Shown piece by piece: positions 1 through 9,073 of a DNA stretch of 32,458 nt. Position numbers and translations under genes: made by a program. Source of the stretch: Microgenomates group bacterium Gr01-1014_5. GTDB taxonomy: Bacteria; Patescibacteriota; Microgenomatia; UBA8517; UBA10165. How positions within the stretch are numbered: the stretch's first letter is position 1; each line of letters begins with the position of its first letter. The notes beneath the pieces were generated by a model, which was given only the letters and a program-made list of their open reading frames with translations, was not told the origin of the DNA and ran no database searches. The DNA lies in the NCBI GenBank assembly GCA_007376395.1, contig VMGE01000002.1:143118-175575 (forward strand), written 5' to 3'.

Positions 1-289
1 AAATATCCCGGGGTAAAGAAACCATCACTGCTTGGTTTGTATTTCGATCTAAGGAAGCAAAAAGTATCGTGTCTGTTAGACCCGAAGGTTCATTTTTGGC
101 GCCACCCAAACCCAGAATAACCACGTTTGTACGCCCATTATCTTGCCGGACATATTTCCCGTCCATAACAAAATCCCGGGTAATGCCTAAAGCGCGCGGT
201 AAATATCCAAGCAAAGGCCCCATATACAAGACCAACAACCCCATGAGGACTAAAAAAACAACCAATTTTGTGTATTTTTTGGTAAACAT
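1..289 (-). CDS. LytR-CpsA-Psr (LCP) family protein, N-terminal part (runs off window start)
   Basis: Not in the ORF track. Manual translation from ATG 289: MFTKKYTKLVVFLVLMGLL (TM)...RTNVVILGLGG...LTDTILFASLD...MVSLPRDI, matching LCP motifs. Confidence 0.88.
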   Translation of the reverse strand, partial: MFTKKYTKLVVFLVLMGLLVLYMGPLLGYLPRALGITRDFVMDGKYVRQDNGRTNVVILGLGGAKNEPSGLTDTILFASLDRNTNQAVMVSLPRDI

Positions 290-320
290 ACTAAGAAGCC
301 AGCTATGGTAAAATCTGAGC

Positions 321-2291
321 ATGCGAAGTAATGATATTTTAACTGGTCTTAACCCTAAACAGCAAGAGGCTGTAAGTCACTGGGGGTCTCCTTTGTTAAT
401 TTTAGCAGGAGCAGGGAGCGGAAAAACACGGGCTTTGACGCACCGTGCGGCTTGGTTGGTTTTGGAAAAAGGGTTTTTGCCAAACAGTTTATTACTTTTA
501 ACTTTCACCAATAAAGCTGCGGCAGAAATGAAAGAACGGATTGTCAAACTCCTCGCTTCCCACCCAGCTTCACAAACATCTCAGCCATTTGCTGGCACTT
601 TTCATTCTTTCTGTGCACGTGTATTGCGCCAAAGCGGTAAACCAATTGGCATTAGCCCAAGTTTTGTTATTTTTGATGACGGAGACCAGCAAGATGTTTT
701 GAAGAGCATTATAGCAAAACTGGGTTTAACAAAGTCTCTAAAGCCGCAAGTTGCTAAGGCGCTGATCTCTGGAGCAAAAAATGAACTGATAAACCCCCTA
801 GAATACGCCGAATACGCACGCGGAGACGTCCAAAGAAATGTGAGTCATATTTATCTGGAGTATCAAAAGGCGCTAAAAAGAAACGATGCTCTGGACTTTG
901 ATGATTTACTGGGAGAAACAGTAAGACTTTTAAAAAATGAGGAGCAAATACTTATTAAATACCGCAACCATTTTCAATATGTATTAGTCGACGAGTGGCA
1001 AGACACAAACAAGGCTCAATACGAAATCACCAAAGCGCTAGTCCAACGCGACCACAACTTGACTGTCGTAGGAGACGCAAGCCAGTCGGTGTATAGATGG
1101 AGAGGTGCAGACTACCGTAATATTGAATATCTCAAACGGGATTTTCCAGACCTAAAAACAACCAATTTAGACCAAAATTACCGCTCTACCCAGAATATCT
1201 TAGACGCGGCCTATGGCGTGATAAGCCGTAACAAATCTCACCCCATACTCAAGCTTTGGACCGATAATTTACAAGGAGAAAAAATCGTGCTCTACCCGGC
1301 AAGTTCAGAAATCGACGAAGCAAGTTTCGTTGTATCACAGATACAACAGCTTACAGACCACAGACTACAGTCTACGGCTAGCAACAAAGCGGCAGTAGTC
1401 AGTAGTCAGTCGACAGTAGACCTATCCGACGTCGCAGTGCTTTACAGAACTAACGCGCAATCGCGTGTTTTGGAAGAAGCTTTACTGCACGAAGGAACGC
1501 CCTACGTGCTTTTTGGCGGTACAAGATTTTACGAGCGGCGGGAAGTTAAAGACGTCTTAGCCTATCTTCGCCTTCTTATTAATCCTGAAAACGAGGTTTC
1601 GCGAAACCGCGCAGAAAAACTTGGCAAAACACGCCTCAAGAAGTTAGAACAGTTCATGCAGGATGAAGTTAAAAGAGACGAGGGAAAGGTATATTTAAAA
1701 AACAGTGAAGCTACAACCCGCGAACTGCTCGATAAAGTATTAGAAAACACCGCTTACCTTGAGTTGTATGATGCGCAAAACGAAGAAGATCTTGCACGAA
1801 TAGAAAACATTAAAGAGTTGCGTTCTGTCGCCACCGAATTCCCCAACCCTTATGAGTTTTTAGAGCAAGTCACTCTAGTTGAGTCTGTACAAAATAACAA
1901 AGAGGCTGCTCGCCCGCAACGCCTGAGCGTAAGCGATAGCGGGCGGGTTACGCTCATGACTACCCACTCTGCTAAAGGCTTGGAATTTAAAGTTGTATTT
2001 ATTGTCGGCTTGGAAGAAGGGTTATTTCCACACTCAAGAGCACTCTTGGACAATGAAGAATTGGAAGAGGAACGAAGACTGGCATACGTGGGCATAACCC
2101 GGGCCAAAGAAAGGCTGTTTTTAACTTATGCCCGCCGCAGGCTTATCTTTGGTCAAAGCGGATCTTCTCTTCCGTCGCGTTTTTTATCTGAAATTCCCGA
2201 AAACTTGTTGGAAAATAGTTTTCAAAAGTCTCAGGGCGCGAGTTATTTAAAAAACGAGTTGAAGAATTATCTTAATGATTACGATTTCTGA
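321..2291 (+). CDS. pcrA: ATP-dependent DNA helicase PcrA/UvrD (SF1A)
   Basis: AGAGSGKT, TFTNKAA, TFHSF, DEWQDTN, VGDASQSVYRWRGA, NYRS, HSAKGLEF, EERRLAYVGITRA. Confidence 0.96.
   Translation: MRSNDILTGLNPKQQEAVSHWGSPLLILAGAGSGKTRALTHRAAWLVLEKGFLPNSLLLLTFTNKAAAEMKERIVKLLASHPASQTSQPFAGTFHSFCARVLRQSGKPIGISPSFVIFDDGDQQDVLKSIIAKLGLTKSLKPQVAKALISGAKNELINPLEYAEYARGDVQRNVSHIYLEYQKALKRNDALDFDDLLGETVRLLKNEEQILIKYRNHFQYVLVDEWQDTNKAQYEITKALVQRDHNLTVVGDASQSVYRWRGADYRNIEYLKRDFPDLKTTNLDQNYRSTQNILDAAYGVISRNKSHPILKLWTDNLQGEKIVLYPASSEIDEASFVVSQIQQLTDHRLQSTASNKAAVVSSQSTVDLSDVAVLYRTNAQSRVLEEALLHEGTPYVLFGGTRFYERREVKDVLAYLRLLINPENEVSRNRAEKLGKTRLKKLEQFMQDEVKRDEGKVYLKNSEATTRELLDKVLENTAYLELYDAQNEEDLARIENIKELRSVATEFPNPYEFLEQVTLVESVQNNKEAARPQRLSVSDSGRVTLMTTHSAKGLEFKVVFIVGLEEGLFPHSRALLDNEELEEERRLAYVGITRAKERLFLTYARRRLIFGQSGSSLPSRFLSEIPENLLENSFQKSQGASYLKNELKNYLNDYDF
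1346..1421. repeat. Two opposed tracts of degenerate heptamer repeats inside pcrA
   Basis: ACAGCTT ACAGACC ACAGACT ACAGTCT ACGGCTA, then AGTAGTC AGTAGTC AGTCGAC AGTAGAC. Confidence 0.8.
1909..1947. repeat. Palindromic element (family B) in frame within pcrA
   Basis: CTCGCCCGC-AACGC-CTGA-GCGT-AAGCGATA-GCGGGCGGG; related to 12216-12284. Confidence 0.7.
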
Positions 2292-2318
2292 GTACAAATA
2301 CTATATAGATAATACGAA

Positions 2319-2346
2319 GTCCGCCGTAGCTTTAGCGAAGGAGGAT
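2319..2346. repeat. REP-like palindrome (family A)
   Basis: GTCCGCC-GTA-GC-TTTA-GC-GAA-GGAGGAT; related copies at 6243, 7183, 10782, 30583 and 30639. Confidence 0.8.
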
Positions 2347-2351
2347 AAGAT

Positions 2352-3491
2352 ATGACCATACGCGAAGTAACGACTGAAGAACACAGCGACTACAACAGTG
2401 TTGTTGACCATCCTGTGCAAACTTGGGAATGGGGAGAATTTCGGGAAAAAACAGGTAATAAAATTCTGCGCCTTGGTTTATACGATAAAAACAAACTTGT
2501 GGAAGGGTATCTTTTAACCCTGCACCGCCTTCCTTATACCAATCGCTACGTTGCCATGCTTGCCAAAATACCCGCGCCAACCCGACAAATGCTTATGAAT
2601 TTGAGGAATTGGGCAAAGCAGGAGAATATTATTTTTATCAGGCTTGAGCCAAATATAAGTATTGCCAGTAAAAGCTCCCGCCGAATATTTGAACTTTTCA
2701 AAACTTTCAAAATGTTTCAAGGGCGGCCATTTTTTAACAAAAAAACACCCGAAATCGACCTGACTCAATCCGAAGAAGAGCTGTTGAAAAAAATGCACCC
2801 TAAAACCCGCTATAATATTCGCCTTGCCCAGAAATATGGCGTCGAGGTGGCGGAAGACAATTCAGAAGAGTCCTTTGCCCGTTATCTTGACCTAATGGAC
2901 GAAACAACCAAGAGACAAAATTATTTTGCTCATTCTGAACACTATCACAAACTAATGTGGAAAACCCTGCGAACTGGGGGTATTGCTCACTTATTGAAAG
3001 CTGTTTATCCCCCTTCGCGAACCGAGAGCGTCAGCTCGCAGGTCAGAGCGAAGTCTTATTCGCTTCGGAGGGATTCCGCTCCCTACGAAGTGTGGGGAGA
3101 AGATACCCCGACCGCCAGGTCGCGGGAGCTTCATCAAGGAACTACCCTAGCCAGCTGGATTCTGTTTGTGTGGAAAGACAAGTTGTATTATCCCTATGGC
3201 GCCTCAAGCTCTGAACATAGAAACGTCATGGCGCCATACGCCATCATGTGGCAAGCAATTAAATTCGGCAAAAGATTGAATCTTAAAACGTTTGATCTTT
3301 GGGGAAGCGACGAGGCTAAGGGCTATACCAGATTTAAAGAGGGTTTTGGACCGGAAAATATTGAATATTTAGGAACTTGGGACTTGCCGATTAACAACAA
3401 ACTCTATTATCTTTACAGACTGGCTGAAGAAATCCGCTGGAGATTCTTAAAACTTAGGGCTCGCCTTATCCCTTTATCGTCATTCCGTTAA
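2352..3491 (+). CDS. FemABX-family peptidoglycan peptidyltransferase (lipid II aminoacyltransferase) with 42-aa insertion
   Basis: HPVQTWEWGEF, IFIRLEP, IDLTQSEEELLKKMHPKTRYNIRLA, YYPYGASS, FDLWG, FKEGFG. Confidence 0.93.
   Translation: MTIREVTTEEHSDYNSVVDHPVQTWEWGEFREKTGNKILRLGLYDKNKLVEGYLLTLHRLPYTNRYVAMLAKIPAPTRQMLMNLRNWAKQENIIFIRLEPNISIASKSSRRIFELFKTFKMFQGRPFFNKKTPEIDLTQSEEELLKKMHPKTRYNIRLAQKYGVEVAEDNSEESFARYLDLMDETTKRQNYFAHSEHYHKLMWKTLRTGGIAHLLKAVYPPSRTESVSSQVRAKSYSLRRDSAPYEVWGEDTPTARSRELHQGTTLASWILFVWKDKLYYPYGASSSEHRNVMAPYAIMWQAIKFGKRLNLKTFDLWGSDEAKGYTRFKEGFGPENIEYLGTWDLPINNKLYYLYRLAEEIRWRFLKLRARLIPLSSFR
3009..3134. mobile_element. 126-nt structured in-frame insertion in femABX
   Basis: GC-rich nested hairpins (CTTCGC...GAGC-GTCA-GCTC...GCGAAG; GCTCCC...GGGAGC); no equivalent segment in the paralog at 4812. 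Confidence 0.7.
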
Positions 3492-3562
3492 GCCCCAAAA
3501 ACAGATTGTGGCTATGCTATAAATTTGCTTAGCCTTATTTCCTGTGCTAGACTACCCAAGAA

Positions 3563-4807
3563 ATGGTGTTAACAAAGAGCCCTCTCCCAGACGAGCCGCG
3601 GGATATAGTTTTCTTTAAACTTGGCGGTACTTGGGATATGGTTAAGATAAATGGAAAACTTATTGGTTCAGGAATCTTAGATGACGAAACTTTGCACAAG
3701 ATAGAGAGCTCTCTCGGATATTACAAAAAAAGAGAGAGAAATTTTTTAAAACTTGAGCTTTCTTTAGCAAAGAAGATTGAAGAAGCAACAACAATTAACG
3801 GCAAACGTTCGCTTGATATAACAGAACATCTTAGGTGGGTTCCTAGAATAGCCAAGAGAGTTAAGGGTAAATTCATACCTTTATTCAGTGGCGACAGCGC
3901 TCATTTGCGCCCTTCTCTTATTGCACCCTTCGTGTCCCATCTTTTAAAATTTGCAAACGACAACCCGTCTGTCCAAATAACAGGTGCCCAAGGAACTGAC
4001 TCTGCAGATATTTCTATTCTCACCTTACTTGATGCTTTTACTTTTGACACAAGCCTTCTTCCAATCCTTTTTACTGGTTCTAACCGGTCTCATGGTGAGT
4101 GGAATTCTGACGCTCCAAAAAACTTTATCGATTTAACACAGGTTGTTGGGGCAAATCTTCCGTCGGGGGCATATTGGATTTTCGCTTCTCATGTTTATCG
4201 CGCTAGCGATTTTGTTAAAATCGACCCTCTAGAAAGCAGAAGGATTGAAAACTACACGACATTTTTTTCTCCTCGTCTAACAGCTCGACACACTAAAAAA
4301 GTTATTGAAGAAAACCACATCTTTCGCCCACCCCTTGCGACATCAGCTCCCAAGAGTCATATTTCTCAAAAAATAAAGGCGGCTGACCTCTACCAAGCGC
4401 TTACCAAAACAAGTATTGTAGATTTAGGTGACCAAAAGAATACAGAGGAGGATGTCTCAGAAATATTGAATGACAAAACAAGGGCGGTCATTGTGGCCGC
4501 ACATAGTTTAGGTAATGTAAACAATCCCATCAAACATGCTTGTGTTCAAGCAGCACTGAAAGGTAAATTAATAATTGTGGTAAGCAGGTCTCTTATTGGA
4601 GAGGTAAATGAACGTTATGCCGCAAGCTTGCTAGGAGTAAATGAGAAAGAATTACTAGGAAGCGGAAAAATGGTGATATCTGGACACAAAATGAACAAGA
4701 ATGTGGCGAAAGCGGTTGTCGCAAGAGCGGTGTTAGAAAAATTAGACCAGAAACATACGCAAACTCTTATAAACGTTTATTGTGAATCTCGTACTTTGAT
4801 AAGCTAA
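3563..4807 (+). CDS. Divergent L-asparaginase/glutaminase-fold protein
   Basis: LGGT, QGTDS, ILFTGSNRS, SDA and SLGN echo type I asparaginase/GatD motifs. Confidence 0.7.
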   Translation: MVLTKSPLPDEPRDIVFFKLGGTWDMVKINGKLIGSGILDDETLHKIESSLGYYKKRERNFLKLELSLAKKIEEATTINGKRSLDITEHLRWVPRIAKRVKGKFIPLFSGDSAHLRPSLIAPFVSHLLKFANDNPSVQITGAQGTDSADISILTLLDAFTFDTSLLPILFTGSNRSHGEWNSDAPKNFIDLTQVVGANLPSGAYWIFASHVYRASDFVKIDPLESRRIENYTTFFSPRLTARHTKKVIEENHIFRPPLATSAPKSHISQKIKAADLYQALTKTSIVDLGDQKNTEEDVSEILNDKTRAVIVAAHSLGNVNNPIKHACVQAALKGKLIIVVSRSLIGEVNERYAASLLGVNEKELLGSGKMVISGHKMNKNVAKAVVARAVLEKLDQKHTQTLINVYCESRTLIS

Positions 4808-4811
4808 GTGT

Positions 4812-5663
4812 ATGACAGACCTTCGCCAAACTCCACAATATGCCAAGTATATGCAAATCCTTGGATGGGAAGTTGTTCTGTTGAATAAAGAATTAGGAAT
4901 TACGAATTACGCATATCTAAAAAAGATTCCAATTATCGGTGCTATCGCAAAAATTCAGAGACCAAATAACCTAACACAAAAGCAAATACTCCTATTTCAA
5001 AAAAATAATAATTTAGCTGTAATTTATATAGAACCCTTAATTCATAATTCATCATTCCAAATTCTTGGTTTCAAGCACGCTCGGTCTGCGTTCTTGCCCT
5101 CCAAAACAATCCAAATTGATTTAACAAAGTCCGAAGAGCAGTTACTAAAGGAAATGAAGCCAAAAACCCGCTATAACATTGGTGTAGCCAAAAAGCGTGG
5201 AGTAGACATTAAGGAATCTGCTGATATTGAGGCCTTCGCTAATCTATGGAAATCTTCAGCGAGACGACGCCTTGCGCTTCCTCAAGACAAAGAGATAAGA
5301 GCCCTCTGGGAAGCGTTTGCAGGAAAAGCCTGCTTACTCTTGGCCTACCACGACAACGACCTCGTTGCAGGAGTACTAACTGTAAAATCCCCTGACACAG
5401 CCTTTTATATGTACGCCGGATCAACTCGCGAGGGTAAAAAGCTTTTTGCTCCAACTCTTGTTGCCTGGGAAGCAATAAGACTGGCAAAAAAATTGCGTTG
5501 TAAAACTTTTGACTTCGAAGGGATTTATGACCCCCGCTATTCTTCAACAAAAAGCTGGCGCGGGTTTACAAAGTTTAAGGAAGGCTTCGGCGGAAAAATA
5601 GTCGAATTTCCAAAAACTTTAGTCTATTTTCAGAATCCTCTATTAAGGTTTTTGAATTTTTAA
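4812..5663 (+). CDS. Second FemABX-family peptidyltransferase
   Basis: DLRQT, IDLTKSEEQLLKEMKPKTRYNI, YMYAGS, FDFEGI, GFTKFKEGFGG. Confidence 0.9.
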   Translation: MTDLRQTPQYAKYMQILGWEVVLLNKELGITNYAYLKKIPIIGAIAKIQRPNNLTQKQILLFQKNNNLAVIYIEPLIHNSSFQILGFKHARSAFLPSKTIQIDLTKSEEQLLKEMKPKTRYNIGVAKKRGVDIKESADIEAFANLWKSSARRRLALPQDKEIRALWEAFAGKACLLLAYHDNDLVAGVLTVKSPDTAFYMYAGSTREGKKLFAPTLVAWEAIRLAKKLRCKTFDFEGIYDPRYSSTKSWRGFTKFKEGFGGKIVEFPKTLVYFQNPLLRFLNF

Positions 5664-8600
5664 CTGTTAACGCCGCAAAACATCTTGTATTCGCATTCGC
5701 GGCAGAAGAAGCCCTTGTTGCAGGCAAAATCTGAAGTTTCAATTGCCTCTTTAACTTTCATTATTTCCTGAGCCGCATTCTCTAATTCCTCCACTGTTCT
5801 GGTTGTTGAAACTTTTTTACCCAAATCAAAATAATACAAAGAGAGGGTTATTTCCTCTAAATCCCGTCCCAAAGGCGCTTCGTGTACTTTGTTGGCGGCC
5901 ATAGCGTAGACAGAAAGCTGTAAATCTTTTCTTAATTCGCGTTCTGTCGGCACTTCCTTGTGGGAAAAATCGGTTGTTTTGTAATCAATAATCTCAATAC
6001 CATTCTTGGTTTCGTCCACCCGATCGATTACCCCCCCTATTTTTAAATCGCTATTTAGACCGAAAGTGAATTTTTGTTCCAAAAGCACCGGGGGGGTATC
6101 GGGTTTAAATAAATCGCTCTTTAAGTAATTTACTAAATACTCCCTTCCCCGCTTCTTCATTTCAAGTTCATGTTTTTTGTTTTCATAGCCTACCGGTATC
6201 CAGTGTTTGTCCAGCAACTCCAAAATATATTTGTCTGGCTTGCCCCGCGTAGCCGAGTCCGACGAGGCGAAGTGGAGGTTAAAGTCGCGCATTGTGTAGT
6301 GCAGAGAGCTTCCAAAGCTTAAAGGAGCAGAAGCTTGGGTGGGAATTCCTAAAACATAACGCAGTTTGTAATGCAGAGGACAAATCTTAAAACAGTCTAT
6401 TTGGGAATAGCTTAAATAATTAATGGTATGTGGGAGTTTAGAAATTAGAGGCTGGAGGTTAGATTGAGAAGCAGGGGGTGAGAAAGGAGAAAACGAATCT
6501 AAAATAGAAAGCTGTTCGACTTCTACACTTTTGACCGAAGCTTTAGACTTTGGACCAAAAGTTTCTGCGACAAATGGCGAAAGTTTTTTCTCACGCTTGC
6601 CTTCTCCATAGTAGTCTGCCGCAGTCACAAAAACTCTTTCTTTGGCGCGGGTCAAGGCAACGTAAAAAAGCCTCCGTTCTTCTTGTAAATGGTAATCTCC
6701 GTTGGGTAAAATCTCTTTTATTAATTCTTCAGGGATTGGAATCTGCTCTTTTCTTTCGATGGTAGGAAAACGCTGGGCAACTAGGTTAACGACAAAAACG
6801 ACTGGAAATTCTAAACCTTTGCTCGAGTGAATTGTTAGAATATTAACGGCATTCTCGCTTCCCCAATCAAAGTCGGCAGCTCGCGGGGATTCACCCACCT
6901 CGAGACTTAAATCAATCCAATCAATAACTGCATAAATTGAGGCGTCTTCATTTTGTGCTTCAAAACTTTTTAACCGGTCAAAAAGTTTGGATATATTTTG
7001 TGCTCGTTTATCATCGCCAGGAGTCTGAGAACTTCCAAGTTTTTGTAAAATTCCGCTCTCTTCCAAAAATTTATAAAGAATCTGCCCTGCAGTTTCCTTG
7101 GGCACAAGTTCTAAATGTTTATGAATCATTTCAACAAGGCTTTTCATTTTTATCTGAGTGTCGCTTGAAACATGAACGCCTTGCCCCCCCGTAGCCTTTG
7201 GCGAAGGGGGGTCTGCTATCTTTTCTACGGTTTCAAAAAACGAAAGATTGTTTTTCCTTGCATAATTTGCAATCACAGCCAAATCACGAGCTGGAATACC
7301 TACGCAATCCATGGTCAAAACCTTATAAAACGCGGCAGAGTCTTCAAAGTTATATAAAACTTTTAAATAAGCAATTAGCTCTCCCACTTCTTCTTGGCTA
7401 AAAAGTTTCCCTGGCCCTAAAAATTGAAATGGGATTCCAAGCCGGGAGAAAGCTCGCGAAAAAGGTTCGGCGTGATTATTAGCGCGAACCAAAACGGCAA
7501 AGTCTGAATAATTCCGTTTTTCTGTTTCAATCAAATGAAGTACCTTTTTGGCTACTTGATCTGCTTCATCTTCTACTCTCTCTGTATAAATAAATTCCGG
7601 CTCGAATCCTTTATCTTTATTTACCCCGATCAACTCCGATCCTATCGGAGCCAAATCGGGGTTTACCGCCTTGAGTTTTTTGTCGATTTTTTCTACGACT
7701 TCTAACCGATCCGGGTTATTATTTTGAATTAGTTTATAGGCTAAATCCAAAATAACTTGAGTTGAGCGGTAGTTTTGGGTCAGGGCAACAATTTTTGTTT
7801 TAGGATAAGTCTCTCGAAACTGAATTACGTTTGAAATTGCGGCTCCCCTCCACTTGTAGATGCTCTGATCATCGTCGCAGACAACTGTCAAATTCTGTTT
7901 GTCATTAACCAAAAGCTTTACTAGAACGTTTTGCGCGATATTGGTATCTTGAAATTCATCTACCAAAACATATTTAAATTGTTTATGGTAACGAGCTAGA
8001 ACATCTTTCCGCTCTCGGAAAAGCTTTACTGTGTTTGTAATCAAATCTGCATAATCCATTACTCCTTCTTTAGTTTTCATCTCTTCGTACTTGGCATAAG
8101 CCTTTGCCAATTCATCCCACTTTTCTACTTCCCCTTTTTCTATGTTCTTTGTTCTGTGTTCTTTGTTCTTCGCCCAAGCGAGATACTCGCTGGGCGAAAC
8201 ATCTTCATCTTTAAGTCTTGAAAAATGCTGCAAAAGCCCAGCAATAAACCTAGTTGGATTACCAAGAGGACGAAAGTAAGAAAGATCAAGATTAAACAGG
8301 TTTTTGCGCAAAAAACGGATTGATTCCGCCTCAGTCATTAAACGAAATTTTGTGTCAAGACCGATACTTAAAGCCTCATTGCGCAAAACCCGGTCACAAA
8401 AAGAGTGGAAGGTTGAAATCCACATTTGCGTGTAACCATACGGCATAGCGACATCGACTCTTTCCTCCATTTCGCGGGAGGCTTTTTCGGTAAAAGTTAA
8501 GGCTAAAATTTCTTGGGATAAAGCACGGCCGGAAATAATTAAATGTTTAATCCGCTCAGTAACAACAGTCGTTTTACCTGTTCCTGCGCCTGCAACTATT

Positions 8601-8671
8601 AGAAGAGGACCTTCGCCATGCTCTATCGCCTCTACTTGTTGTTTGTTTAACCGGAGTTTATCTGAAGCCAT
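5660..8671 (-). CDS. UvrD-like helicase fused to C-terminal PD-(D/E)XK nuclease with putative Fe-S cysteines (AdnAB/AddAB-like)
   Basis: AGAGTGKT, DEFQDTN, HSSKGLEF, EERRLFYVALTRA; then LSYSQI..CP, GVIDRVD, IIDYKT, QLSVY, CRECEYKMFC. Confidence 0.92.
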   Translation of the reverse strand: MASDKLRLNKQQVEAIEHGEGPLLIVAGAGTGKTTVVTERIKHLIISGRALSQEILALTFTEKASREMEERVDVAMPYGYTQMWISTFHSFCDRVLRNEALSIGLDTKFRLMTEAESIRFLRKNLFNLDLSYFRPLGNPTRFIAGLLQHFSRLKDEDVSPSEYLAWAKNKEHRTKNIEKGEVEKWDELAKAYAKYEEMKTKEGVMDYADLITNTVKLFRERKDVLARYHKQFKYVLVDEFQDTNIAQNVLVKLLVNDKQNLTVVCDDDQSIYKWRGAAISNVIQFRETYPKTKIVALTQNYRSTQVILDLAYKLIQNNNPDRLEVVEKIDKKLKAVNPDLAPIGSELIGVNKDKGFEPEFIYTERVEDEADQVAKKVLHLIETEKRNYSDFAVLVRANNHAEPFSRAFSRLGIPFQFLGPGKLFSQEEVGELIAYLKVLYNFEDSAAFYKVLTMDCVGIPARDLAVIANYARKNNLSFFETVEKIADPPSPKATGGQGVHVSSDTQIKMKSLVEMIHKHLELVPKETAGQILYKFLEESGILQKLGSSQTPGDDKRAQNISKLFDRLKSFEAQNEDASIYAVIDWIDLSLEVGESPRAADFDWGSENAVNILTIHSSKGLEFPVVFVVNLVAQRFPTIERKEQIPIPEELIKEILPNGDYHLQEERRLFYVALTRAKERVFVTAADYYGEGKREKKLSPFVAETFGPKSKASVKSVEVEQLSILDSFSPFSPPASQSNLQPLISKLPHTINYLSYSQIDCFKICPLHYKLRYVLGIPTQASAPLSFGSSLHYTMRDFNLHFASSDSATRGKPDKYILELLDKHWIPVGYENKKHELEMKKRGREYLVNYLKSDLFKPDTPPVLLEQKFTFGLNSDLKIGGVIDRVDETKNGIEIIDYKTTDFSHKEVPTERELRKDLQLSVYAMAANKVHEAPLGRDLEEITLSLYYFDLGKKVSTTRTVEELENAAQEIMKVKEAIETSDFACNKGFFCRECEYKMFCGVNS
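6243..6278. repeat. Family A palindrome variant, in frame in helicase-nuclease
   Basis: CCGC-GTA-GCC-gagtccgacga-GGC-GAA-GTGG; encodes HFASSDSATRG. Confidence 0.65.
7183..7212. repeat. Family A palindrome, in frame in helicase-nuclease
   Basis: GCCCCCCC-GTA-GCC-TTT-GGC-GAA-GGGGGGT; encodes PPSPKATGG. Confidence 0.8.
7623..7662. repeat. Palindromic element (family C), in frame in helicase-nuclease
   Basis: ACCCCGAT-caa-CTCCGAT-cct-ATCGGAG-ccaa-ATCGGGGT; encodes NPDLAPIGSELIGV. Confidence 0.75.
8138..8172. repeat. Heptamer tandem repeat (5 units) in helicase-nuclease
   Basis: TTCTATG TTCTTTG TTCTGTG TTCTTTG TTCTTCG. Confidence 0.8.
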
Positions 8672-8673
8672 GT

Positions 8674-9066
8674 AAGCATTTTACCACGAGTGTTGCGTTG
8701 TGAAACGGGGAGTGGTATAAAGCTATATGGGTCACGAAGGCGAAAAGGCACTCGATGTTGTGCCTTGTAATGTAACAACAGAGACAGAAAATCAGACTAG
8801 AGCCATAACTCCACCTCCAATAGAAGAAATCAGAGCAGCTTTAAGACGAGCAGGAGATAACGCAGAAAGGGAAAGGGCTGATTTTAGAAGAAATATGCCA
8901 GACGGACCTTATCCCAAAAATATTAAGTGGCGAAAAAGGAAACCGTATTATTTGGTCTAAATCTGAGGAATTAAGCAAGTTGCTTTTTACGTTTTTTCAA
9001 ATTCTCAAAAAAAGCTGAGTGCTGCTATCTGTTTGCTGTAAGCTATAATGCAAGCATTTTACCACG
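8674..9066. repeat. 15-bp direct repeat bracketing a small ORF
   Basis: AAGCATTTTACCACG at 8674-8688 and 9052-9066. Confidence 0.85.
8727..8960 (+). CDS. Hypothetical protein (77 aa)
   Basis: Fills the intergenic gap; TGGTATAAA -10-like box lies just upstream of the ATG. Confidence 0.6.
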   Translation: MGHEGEKALDVVPCNVTTETENQTRAITPPPIEEIRAALRRAGDNAERERADFRRNMPDGPYPKNIKWRKRKPYYLV

Positions 9067-9073
9067 CGAATGA

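Noticed and set aside
3009-3134. Intein or group I/II intron in femABX
   Set aside because: Only 42 codons, without intein terminal residues or intron core motifs.
5660-6420. Cas4 gene
   Set aside because: The Cys-containing PD-(D/E)XK domain is fused to a UvrD helicase with no CRISPR context, which fits a repair helicase-nuclease.
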